A stretch of DNA of 62,454 nt, counting the filler, from a bacterium (GTDB taxonomy: Bacteria > UBP15 > UBA6099 > JAJRTR01): assembly GCA_024278215.1 (NCBI GenBank). It is 3 parts of 3 records of this genome, joined end to end, with 100 filler letters (N's around TTAATTAATTAA, not from the genome) between each part and the next. Parts side by side here need not be neighbours in the genome. Positions count along the whole stretch, not along the records: positions 26,505 to 55,140 come from JAJRTR010000146.1; 2 more parts are not named here. One strand, given 5' to 3'. Shown piece after piece: positions 28,773-36,659 of the stretch. The position numbers and the translations under genes are program-made. Within the stretch, counting starts at the first letter, position 1. Each line of letters starts with the position of its first letter. The notes beneath the pieces were generated by a model, which saw nothing but the letters and a program-made list of their open reading frames with translations, made no database searches and was not told the DNA's origin.

Positions 28773-29780
28773 TCAATTTCCGAGCACATCCAGTGTGCGA
28801 AGCCATAGGGAAAGGTCGCGGTTAAAAGCGCTGTTGAACAGAATCACGCTCAGGTGGCCGTGCGAATAGCGCCGTATGGCCGGATGCCCCCACGCAGCCC
28901 AGAGTTCTTCGATAAGCGGTGGAGGCACCATGCCGTCGTAGAGCGCCTCGGCGATGAATATCTGATTTTTCGGCGTTATGGGCGTCATATTCTGCAAACC
29001 CAGACGCTCGAGCAGGTCGCTGTAAAGACGCAGCATACGCTCGGCGCGGGGATTCTCTTTTTCGAAGATGCGGCCAAGGCGGCTCGCGCTGAACATTTTG
29101 CTGAGGTCCACCGGCGGCGCCACCATTACGGCAATATCCGTCTGCGGCTCGAAACAAGCCAGCAGCCCTGTAAGAAACGCACCGAACGACACGCCCATTA
29201 CGCAGAATCTTCTGATCCCTTTGTTCTCTCGTGCCCAGTTCATGATGCTCATTACATCGAACAGGGCCTGGCGCAGCGTTTCCATCGTATGAATAGCGTC
29301 ATCGCGGAATGTGTATTCGCCGTCGAAAGAGCCGCGCGGCGTGCGGCGCATGTGATAGGGAAGGTCCGGCATAGCGCAGTTCAGCCCCTCGCTCACAAAA
29401 AGCCGCGCATAACGGTCGAACAGCATATATGTGTCCATGCGCCAGCCGTGCAGCAGTATGGCAAGCGGCGCGTCCGGCTCGCCATGGCGCTCGTAGTAAC
29501 GGCCTCTGACTGTCTTGTTTTCGATGTGCTTCGTGTAGACAACGCTTTCAAACTTGAATTTCATCACATTGTAGCGTCGTCGCCGCACAGGATCGGAAAT
29601 CGTTAAGGCCGGTACATAGCCCGGGTTGGCGAAGAACCTTGCCGGATCGTCCGCTCCTTCACTATCGAGATATTCCTGCAGGCTGCCTACAGCCGCCGCT
29701 GTTTTCGGCGGCGGGTTCTGAAGCGTCATATAGAGGAATGATATTTCATCGAGACTTCTTGCAAGGAGTTCCTGTAACAT
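28773..29780 (-). CDS. Alpha/beta hydrolase (ABHD18-like)
   Basis: LLHGW, LPYHMRR, GVSFG nucleophile elbow, D in YDGMVP, HGH. Confidence 0.85.
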   Translation of the reverse strand: MLQELLARSLDEISFLYMTLQNPPPKTAAAVGSLQEYLDSEGADDPARFFANPGYVPALTISDPVRRRRYNVMKFKFESVVYTKHIENKTVRGRYYERHGEPDAPLAILLHGWRMDTYMLFDRYARLFVSEGLNCAMPDLPYHMRRTPRGSFDGEYTFRDDAIHTMETLRQALFDVMSIMNWARENKGIRRFCVMGVSFGAFLTGLLACFEPQTDIAVMVAPPVDLSKMFSASRLGRIFEKENPRAERMLRLYSDLLERLGLQNMTPITPKNQIFIAEALYDGMVPPPLIEELWAAWGHPAIRRYSHGHLSVILFNSAFNRDLSLWLRTLDVLGN

Positions 29781-29787
29781 AAAATGG

Positions 29788-29839
29788 ATTATAAGGCGGC
29801 GCGGAAAGCTTTGTCAAAGTCGAGCGTGTAATGTATAAT
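29788..29839. promoter_or_regulatory. Overlapping divergent sigma70-type promoters
   Basis: Plus: TTGTCA(29811)-17-TATAAT(29834). Minus: TTGACA(29817)-18-TATAAT(29793). Confidence 0.7.
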
Positions 29840-29895
29840 TTTGAATGATGGCGCTGTGTAAACAGCACGACAGTTGTGCATGAACGGAAAACCAT

Positions 29896-30396
29896 ATGCA
29901 GTCCAGAGAAAAAATCGCGTGCCCATTCTGCAATTTCAAAACCAGCTATCCCGAATACGGCCGTGTGCACGACTGCCAGGGCGAATGCTACGCAACATAC
30001 ATACTGGTACCGGTAGAACGCGACGAAGAAAAAACAAAGATGCGCCTCGTGGAGATTTTCTTTCTCGACGATGAGTATAACCTGCGCCTGTCTCCGCACG
30101 AGATTGATAAGAAATGCGAATTCAGAACATTGCCCTCACGCGAACCCGGCGAAGAGATTGTATTCGCGCGGCAGAAGCGTGTTATTGAAGAGGACATCGA
30201 ACTGCTGAAAGAGGCGACCGACCGGGAGATCGAAATCGGTGTCGGCACACTCGAACGTCTGAAAACATCACTGGCAAGATTCGAGCGCAACCTTCAGGAT
30301 AACGACTATCCGCGCAACAAACTTATCAATGAAATAAAAGTCGTGGAAACAATCGCGAAAATGATAAAGCAGAAACTCGAACTAAGCCGGGATTGA
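29896..30396 (+). CDS. Hypothetical protein with N-terminal Cys (Zn-ribbon-like) motif and helical C-terminus
   Basis: CPFC..CQGEC; 166-aa ORF downstream of a good promoter. Confidence 0.7.
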   Translation: MQSREKIACPFCNFKTSYPEYGRVHDCQGECYATYILVPVERDEEKTKMRLVEIFFLDDEYNLRLSPHEIDKKCEFRTLPSREPGEEIVFARQKRVIEEDIELLKEATDREIEIGVGTLERLKTSLARFERNLQDNDYPRNKLINEIKVVETIAKMIKQKLELSRD

Positions 30397-30490
30397 CCGA
30401 CTGTATTATTCACGGATATAAAATCACTACCTGTGGCGCCAATTGCTTTTCCGGCACCGGTCCTGCACAATTACAAAAGGGAGTTTCCTC

Positions 30491-30853
30491 ATGGCTGACA
30501 AGAGCGATAGAATGATCGCCTGTTGTGGTCTTGTATGCACAGAATGCCCGGCATACCTTGCAACAAAGGAAAACGATGAAAAGAAAGTTGCAGAAATTGC
30601 GCAGCAGTGGTCAAAAGAATATGGCGCAGACGTGCAACCCGAAAGTGTGTGGTGCGACGGCTGCCTCGTGGACGGAAAGAAATGCGCCCACTGCTTCGAG
30701 TGTGAGATCCGAGCCTGCGCCCGGGAGCGCGGCCACGCCAACTGCGGCCTGTGCGGCGAACTCGATACCTGTAGCAAGATTCAGGATTTCTTCAAGATGG
30801 CTCCACCCGCAAAAGAAATGATCGATAGTATTCGCAACCGGAATAACAACTGA
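30491..30853 (+). CDS. DUF3795-family Cys-rich protein
   Basis: IACCGLVCTECPAY, CDGC, CEIRAC, NCGLC. Confidence 0.85.
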   Translation: MADKSDRMIACCGLVCTECPAYLATKENDEKKVAEIAQQWSKEYGADVQPESVWCDGCLVDGKKCAHCFECEIRACARERGHANCGLCGELDTCSKIQDFFKMAPPAKEMIDSIRNRNNN

Positions 30854-30894
30854 ATTCCTTAAAACGGTTTCATATTATCACCGGGATCAAGTGC

Positions 30895-31006
30895 TCGTTC
30901 CCACCGTCCACCCCGGGAACGATGAAACCCTGTGTGACGTGTTCGAACCGCGTTTGTCTGGGCGCGAAAATGCGACCTGTTTGGTTCCGGCTTTGCCGGG
31001 TCAGGG
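30895..31006 (-). repeat. Family A partial copy between convergent genes
   Basis: GGGAACGATGAAACCCTGTGTG...GGTTCCGGCTTTGCCGGGTCAGG. Confidence 0.7.
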
Positions 31007-31009
31007 CTA

Positions 31010-31768
31010 CTACTTCAAAATCACATCTTTGACAATTAAAAGAATACACACACCGAGCAGCACAAATCCGAAAACATACTTTATGGATTTTGACTGCATT
31101 TTACGGGCCATAAGGCGCGAGCCCGCCTGGCTGCCGAGAAAAACGGCGGCGACGCTCATGCCCCACACCGGCCAGTCCGGCCGCGCCGCAGTCGCAATGT
31201 GAGAGATGAAACTCGATGTGCCGGAAAATGTTACGATCATTGCCGAACTGGCCGCCGCAATCCTTGGTGCGAGGCCCGCCATGTACAGCAGGGGCACCAC
31301 GAAGCTGCCGCCGCCGCGTCCGATCAAACCCGCGAAAAATCCAAGCAGCACACCCGCTATGATACCCAGTTTCAGTCTTCCGCGGCTACCCATGTCGATC
31401 GTTTCAGGTTTCCAGCCGCTTAACATCAGAATCGCCGCCAGACCGGTGAATACGGCAAACGCAAGAATTACCGGCCCGGTCGGCAGACTGATATTCGCCA
31501 ATGTGCCCAGTGGCGCAAATACTATCATGGCAAGTCCAAAAGGCAGGGCTACCTTCCAGTCGATCAATTTCTCTCTGCCGTACGTGACTGCCGCGGACGA
31601 CGAGTTGACCACGTTCAGCAACATGCCAAGCGGTATCGCCTGTGTCTTGAAATCCATTCCCAGCCAGTACAATACTGGAATATACAGTTGCGAACCACCC
31701 ATCCCCAGCATTGAAAAGACAAATGCTATAATGAAAAATACCGGTGGTATTATATATATTGTATTCAT
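31010..31768 (-). CDS. TauE/SafE-family sulfite exporter
   Basis: SMLGMGG and GLIGRGGG repeats in a hydrophobic 252-aa protein. Confidence 0.88.
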   Translation of the reverse strand: MNTIYIIPPVFFIIAFVFSMLGMGGSQLYIPVLYWLGMDFKTQAIPLGMLLNVVNSSSAAVTYGREKLIDWKVALPFGLAMIVFAPLGTLANISLPTGPVILAFAVFTGLAAILMLSGWKPETIDMGSRGRLKLGIIAGVLLGFFAGLIGRGGGSFVVPLLYMAGLAPRIAAASSAMIVTFSGTSSFISHIATAARPDWPVWGMSVAAVFLGSQAGSRLMARKMQSKSIKYVFGFVLLGVCILLIVKDVILK

Positions 31769-31888
31769 CGCTCTTTCCCTCTCACTTCATTCTCGCCTGT
31801 CCCCGATCCCTGTATTCACACTGCCTGCCTCGCTGCGCCGGCATAAGCTTACAATTCGCTCGCAACATTATTGACAACTTGCCGGCTG

Positions 31889-32503
31889 CTATCTATTCGC
31901 GCTGCTTGCGCAGGCAGGACACACGAGCCCTTCGCCGCCGGCGGTGAGTTTGTCGACAAATGTCATCTCACCGCATTTCGAGCAGCGTTTCGCCTCGAAA
32001 ACGCCTCCGCCACGCTTAAGCTCATACGACTCGACCGGGCCAATATCGAGAAATTTCTCCACGGGCATGGCCATCACTTTTTCAACCAGCGGATCGGCGA
32101 TTTCAGGCGCTATGTCCTGCGGCGGCACGCCTTTTTTGCGCTCTTCAACAAATGGCGACTCGAGCATTTTCTCGAAAAAACCGGGCTTCAGCGAAACCCG
32201 CACCGCGCGCTGCCCGGCCACGTCCACAACTGTGAAAGCCATCTTGTTGTAGTACAGTTTCTCGATGTTCGATTTACCGTAGGTGCATCCTGTGACGGCC
32301 ATCATCCCATCCAGGAAGCACCCCGCGGCATGGCCCTTGCCCGTCTCGGAAATAACGTGCAGTTCCTTGTCCTGCGCCCTCTCAACACCCAGCGCGTTCA
32401 TAGCGGCGGCCCCAGCCCGCAGCCCCAGCGGCATCGCAGGGCATTTGTGCCCGTGAAACGCCATTCCCAACTCAAGATAATCTTTTGCTTCCATCATTGT
32501 CAT
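31889..32503 (-). CDS. FmdE-family protein with C-terminal zinc finger
   Basis: FHGHKCP, CFLDG..TGCTYGK, CSKCGE..CPAC. Confidence 0.88.
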   Translation of the reverse strand: MTMMEAKDYLELGMAFHGHKCPAMPLGLRAGAAAMNALGVERAQDKELHVISETGKGHAAGCFLDGMMAVTGCTYGKSNIEKLYYNKMAFTVVDVAGQRAVRVSLKPGFFEKMLESPFVEERKKGVPPQDIAPEIADPLVEKVMAMPVEKFLDIGPVESYELKRGGGVFEAKRCSKCGEMTFVDKLTAGGEGLVCPACASSANR

Positions 32504-32575
32504 ACACCTCTTTCTCTTTTCTTCTGTTTTCCCGCCCAGCGGCAGTAAATCCTATTTCCAGCCGGTCACCTGTGT

Positions 32576-33685
32576 TCATATGACGGCATTGAACAGGAAG
32601 CCCACCACCAGAATACCTGTCCCGACAACAGCGATGAACACCGCTATCAGACGCGGTTTGAGAACTTTACGCAGAATGACGAACTCGGGCAGCGACAGCG
32701 CTATGACCGACATCATGAACGCAAGCACCGTGCCCAGCGCCGCGCCTTTCTCAAGAAGCGCCTGCACTATGGGAATGATTCCCGCGGCATTCGAGTACAT
32801 CGGGATACCAATCAATACCGCCGTCGGCACCGACCACCACGCGCCTTTGCCCATGATTGATGCCATGAAATTTTCAGGGACATATCCGTGAATACCGGCT
32901 CCCACTGCTATGCCTGCAAGAACGAACGGCCATACTTTTCCTACGATTTCCTTCACGGCGTTCAGCCCGTAACGAATCCGGGCGGCCCAATCGAGTCGTT
33001 CATCAACTGCCGCTTCTCCCATCTGCGACTCGAACACCCAGTCCTCGATTCCCTTCTCCATGTGCAGCCGCCCTATGATCCATCCCGCGAACATGGCTAT
33101 GAATAATCCTGTGCCCATATAAAGCGCTGCCGTCTTCCAGCCGAATAAACCGTATAGAAGAACCAGCGCTATTTCATTTACCATCGGCGCGGATATCAGA
33201 AATGAAAACGTGACGCCAAGCGGCACCCCGGTAGTGACGAAACCGATAAACAGCGGAACTGCCGAACAGGAGCAGAACGGTGTAACGATACCCAGCAGGG
33301 CTGCAAGCACGTTGCCCGCAGACTCACGTTTGCCCTGAAGAATCCGTCGAGTGCGCTCCGGGGTGAAAAACGACCTTACGACCCCTACCCCGAACACAAC
33401 CAGAGCCAGAAGCAGCAACACTTTTGGCGTCTCGAACAGAAAGAACTCGAATGACGAAGCGATCCCCGTCCCTGCTTTCAGTTGGAACAGGTGGTATGTA
33501 AACCACTGGGAAATGGGCTCCAGTTCGCGGTACAAAAGCCACCATACAAAAAGCGCCGGAATAATCAGCAGAAGTTGTTTGTCAGTCGTGCGTTTGCCTG
33601 CGATTTCAGGAGTGTCGGAAACTTGCTTTTCTCCAGCACGACATGAACACGCACACGCGGCCTGTTCATTTGAATTCGTTTTCAT
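32576..33685 (-). CDS. ArsP/DUF318-family permease
   Basis: TPFCSCSAVPLFIG, FLISAPMVNE, GIPMYSN, LSLPE. Confidence 0.9.
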   Translation of the reverse strand: MKTNSNEQAACACSCRAGEKQVSDTPEIAGKRTTDKQLLLIIPALFVWWLLYRELEPISQWFTYHLFQLKAGTGIASSFEFFLFETPKVLLLLALVVFGVGVVRSFFTPERTRRILQGKRESAGNVLAALLGIVTPFCSCSAVPLFIGFVTTGVPLGVTFSFLISAPMVNEIALVLLYGLFGWKTAALYMGTGLFIAMFAGWIIGRLHMEKGIEDWVFESQMGEAAVDERLDWAARIRYGLNAVKEIVGKVWPFVLAGIAVGAGIHGYVPENFMASIMGKGAWWSVPTAVLIGIPMYSNAAGIIPIVQALLEKGAALGTVLAFMMSVIALSLPEFVILRKVLKPRLIAVFIAVVGTGILVVGFLFNAVI

Positions 33686-33713
33686 AATGGTATCCTCTCG
33701 AAAACTGAGCTTT

Positions 33714-33731
33714 ATTGGCATATCCGCCAAT
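33714..33731. promoter_or_regulatory. Putative ArsR operator, copy 2
   Basis: ATTGGC-N6-GCCAAT upstream of the permease. Confidence 0.6.
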
Positions 33732-33770
33732 TACATCGTTAAAAAACGTTAGTCAGGCTCCTGCTCATTT

Positions 33771-34103
33771 TCATCGTCGACACGCCCCCGACATTTCCAC
33801 CTGTCTCAGAGCGGAATCCTTCAGGACCGCCTCGATACATCCGAAAAAAGTAAGAACGCACGGAATGCTCAATGTATAATAAACCTGCGTGCCTCGTTTT
33901 TCGTCGGAGACAAGCCCCGCGCCTTTTAGAATTGAAAGGTGTTTCGACACAGTAGACATATCCGCTCCTATTTTCTCCGTCAACTCGCACACGCATTTTT
34001 CGCCTTCCGTGAGCATATCCACAATATAAAGTCTTGACGGGTGCGCCAGTGCCTTGATGATCTTCGCACGGGCATCATACTTCGCCTTTGTCTTCGCGTC
34101 CAT
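33771..34103 (-). CDS. ArsR/SmtB-family regulator
   Basis: KALAHPSRL, EKCVCEL, STVSKHLSILK.AGLV. Confidence 0.93.
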   Translation of the reverse strand: MDAKTKAKYDARAKIIKALAHPSRLYIVDMLTEGEKCVCELTEKIGADMSTVSKHLSILKGAGLVSDEKRGTQVYYTLSIPCVLTFFGCIEAVLKDSALRQVEMSGACRR

Positions 34104-34125
34104 CTCCGATCACTCCCTTTTCCAT

Positions 34126-34162
34126 ATATTTGGCATTATAGCCAAGTATTAAAGATTTTCAA
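34126..34162 (-). promoter_or_regulatory. arsR promoter with overlapping operator palindrome
   Basis: Minus strand TTGAAA-16-TATAAT; TATAAT is the spacer of ATACTTGGC-N6-GCCAAATAT (34126-34149). Confidence 0.7.
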
Positions 34163-34189
34163 GAGTCTTTGGCCCTTATCGTGCTGTAT

Positions 34190-34478
34190 TGGTGAAATAT
34201 GCGGGCTAAGCAGATAAAAAAGCGGGGTGGACGAGTGTGAGTGCGATAATCCTGGGAATTATGAAACTTTGTGTGCCGTGCTCAAACCACATTCGTTTGG
34301 GCACGAAAATGCGACCTTTTGGGTTCCGGCGGTACCGGGTCAGAAAAGTATTACGAGAAAATATCGACAAGTGTATCTGCTGTTATGTGGTGCTTTCGGT
34401 GCAATAAGAGTCCGGGGAAATATTCAGAGGTGCCGATTGCAGCCGACCGCATCAGAATCAGCCTTTTTCAATCGGCTC
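34190..34478. repeat. Mosaic repeat patch: family C (34190-34210), family A partial (34251-34343), family B end (34436-34478)
   Basis: Direct sequence similarity to the other copies listed. Confidence 0.7.
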
Positions 34479-35646
34479 AGAGGTGTTCTTTAACTACTTC
34501 GATTATCTCGTCCGCATATTTGCGTATACGTGCGCCGCCGAGCCATTCGATCTGCTGGAGTTCCTGCACAGTGCGTGGTTTTTTGCGTGATATTTCGATC
34601 AGTGTATGACCGGGCAGAACGGCGAGCGGGTGGATTTCAAGTTTCTCCGCGCGATCATGCCGCCATTTCTTAAGGGCGTCCGCAAGTTCCTGATCGTTCC
34701 AGTGTATGGACCTTCTGCCATTCATCTTTTCTTTCGGTTTCGGTGGTGTCCAGCCTGCTTTTCTGCTCTTTCCTTTAGCTACCGCGCGCAGGAGAAACTT
34801 CCCGTAGCGCCGCCACACATTCGGTGTAATTCCTTTTATATCGAGCAGTTCCGCCTTATTGCCGGGTTGCTCGTTTGCGATAGTGATTATTGTTTTATTA
34901 TTCATCACTTTGAAGGGTGGAACATTCCTTCTTTTCGCCTGATGTTTGCGCCATTTGTAAAGTTCATAAGCGGCGGGAATCTTGTCGATATCCAGCCCCT
35001 TGACACCCTTTATGTCCCACATCGTCTGGTTCTTGTAAGACGGTTCGATGGGAGTGCGGGTTTCAAGATGCGCGAAATCCGTTTTTGCTTCGTCCAGCAG
35101 ATTTTTTTCAGCGAGTTGTTTGTAAAGCCATTCGCGCAGGCCGATAAGATACTGAGTATCCTGGCACAGGTAGACTATTTTATCTATGGAGAGCGGACGG
35201 CTCGCCCAGTCGCACTTGGTGTACTTCTTCTCCAGCTTAATCTCGTAGCACTCTTCCACCAGATCGGCCATCCCGATCTTTTCCTTGTTCAGGTACTGCG
35301 CAGCCAGCATCGTGTCAAAAAGCGTTTTGAATACGAATCCGAAATCCCTCTTGAGGAGTCCCACATCGTAGTCTGCACCGTGGAATATCTTTTCGACACG
35401 CGGGTTACTGAAAACTTGTGCAAGTTGTGAAAGATCGTCGAGCCTGATAGGGTCGAAGATGTAATTTGCGCGCGTATTGGAAACCTGGACCATGCAGACC
35501 TGCTCGGCAAAAGCGTGGAGGCTGTTGCCCTCCGTGTCCACGCCGATCCTGCGGCTTCTCGCAATGTCCTCCACCGCCGCGCCCACATCCCCGGGGGTGT
35601 CTATGAGGTAGGTTGGTTTTGAAAACTGTTTCCCGTTTATTCTCAT
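34477..35646 (-). CDS. rnd: Ribonuclease D (3'-5' exonuclease plus two HRDC domains)
   Basis: VDTE, KIFHGADYD, FDTMLAA, DWASRPL, YLCQD; two HRDC-like repeats. Confidence 0.9.
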   Translation of the reverse strand: MRINGKQFSKPTYLIDTPGDVGAAVEDIARSRRIGVDTEGNSLHAFAEQVCMVQVSNTRANYIFDPIRLDDLSQLAQVFSNPRVEKIFHGADYDVGLLKRDFGFVFKTLFDTMLAAQYLNKEKIGMADLVEECYEIKLEKKYTKCDWASRPLSIDKIVYLCQDTQYLIGLREWLYKQLAEKNLLDEAKTDFAHLETRTPIEPSYKNQTMWDIKGVKGLDIDKIPAAYELYKWRKHQAKRRNVPPFKVMNNKTIITIANEQPGNKAELLDIKGITPNVWRRYGKFLLRAVAKGKSRKAGWTPPKPKEKMNGRRSIHWNDQELADALKKWRHDRAEKLEIHPLAVLPGHTLIEISRKKPRTVQELQQIEWLGGARIRKYADEIIEVVKEHL

Positions 35647-35864
35647 TGTGTTCCGAACTTATTCTATTGCTTGAATTTATCAAGTCAATAGTTCACGGAT
35701 ATATCCCGAACCTGTCTTTTCAGGTATTCAATATTGCACATATTCCCCTGTGTTGCCGGATGGTGACTTATGTCTGCTTTACGGTTAGAGCAATATTTCC
35801 TGCTTGTTATAAATGTTTACGGCGGTGACGCACTCTGCCCGGATTTCTCACAAAAGAATCCGGC

Positions 35865-36626
35865 TTATTTGTCCGCGTCCCATTCATCTTCAACAATGCC
35901 GAGTTTGCGCTTGATCTGGTATATATCGACAGTAATCTTCTGCGCTGTCGGCGAATCATAAGGGATGCTTTTATAAAGGTCTTTGAGAATCTGCAACTGC
36001 TGCTCGGGAGTACGATGCTTGCTGATAAAGTCGAAATACCAATCATAAACAAGCGGCTGTCCAGGGTCCATCTCGAGCGAAGTGCGCAGCAATTTGATAC
36101 CTTTCTCGAAGTGTCCGAGCTTGTATTCAGCAAGGCCCATGTGCAGCCATCCGCCGGGGTTCAGGTCGTCGATCTCGACAGCTTTCTTGCTGACTTCGAG
36201 CGCCTTTTCCGGCTGCTCGAGTTTCAGGTACATCGTTGCCTGGGCGATAAGTTTGTCGTCCTGGAGTGTTTCATCCTTCATGTTCTCGACTGTCTTGATC
36301 GCTTTTTCATATTGCCCCCGTCGATAATATACTTCGGACAGCTTGTACCACGCCATATCATAGGAAGGGTCTTTGTCGAGGACAAACTGAAAAGTGGATT
36401 CCGCTTCATCGAGCTTGTTCGCCATTATAAGCATCGAGCCGAGCAGGTAATGGAGATCGAGATCGTCCGGATAGTCCTTCACCAGCGCACGGTATGCGTC
36501 CAGAGCTTCCACTGCCGAAGCATAGGTCTGGTCGAATGGATGCGCGGTCGCTTCGACAGGCGCCACAACTGCGGCTAAACAAATCGAAAGCCACAGCGCA
36601 ATGAATATTATTGCCGTTTTCTTCAT
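35865..36626 (-). CDS. Secreted TPR protein
   Basis: Signal peptide followed by TPR helices. Confidence 0.82.
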   Translation of the reverse strand: MKKTAIIFIALWLSICLAAVVAPVEATAHPFDQTYASAVEALDAYRALVKDYPDDLDLHYLLGSMLIMANKLDEAESTFQFVLDKDPSYDMAWYKLSEVYYRRGQYEKAIKTVENMKDETLQDDKLIAQATMYLKLEQPEKALEVSKKAVEIDDLNPGGWLHMGLAEYKLGHFEKGIKLLRTSLEMDPGQPLVYDWYFDFISKHRTPEQQLQILKDLYKSIPYDSPTAQKITVDIYQIKRKLGIVEDEWDADK

Positions 36627-36659
36627 ACATTTATTATATTACTTTCCGGTCCTTATGTC

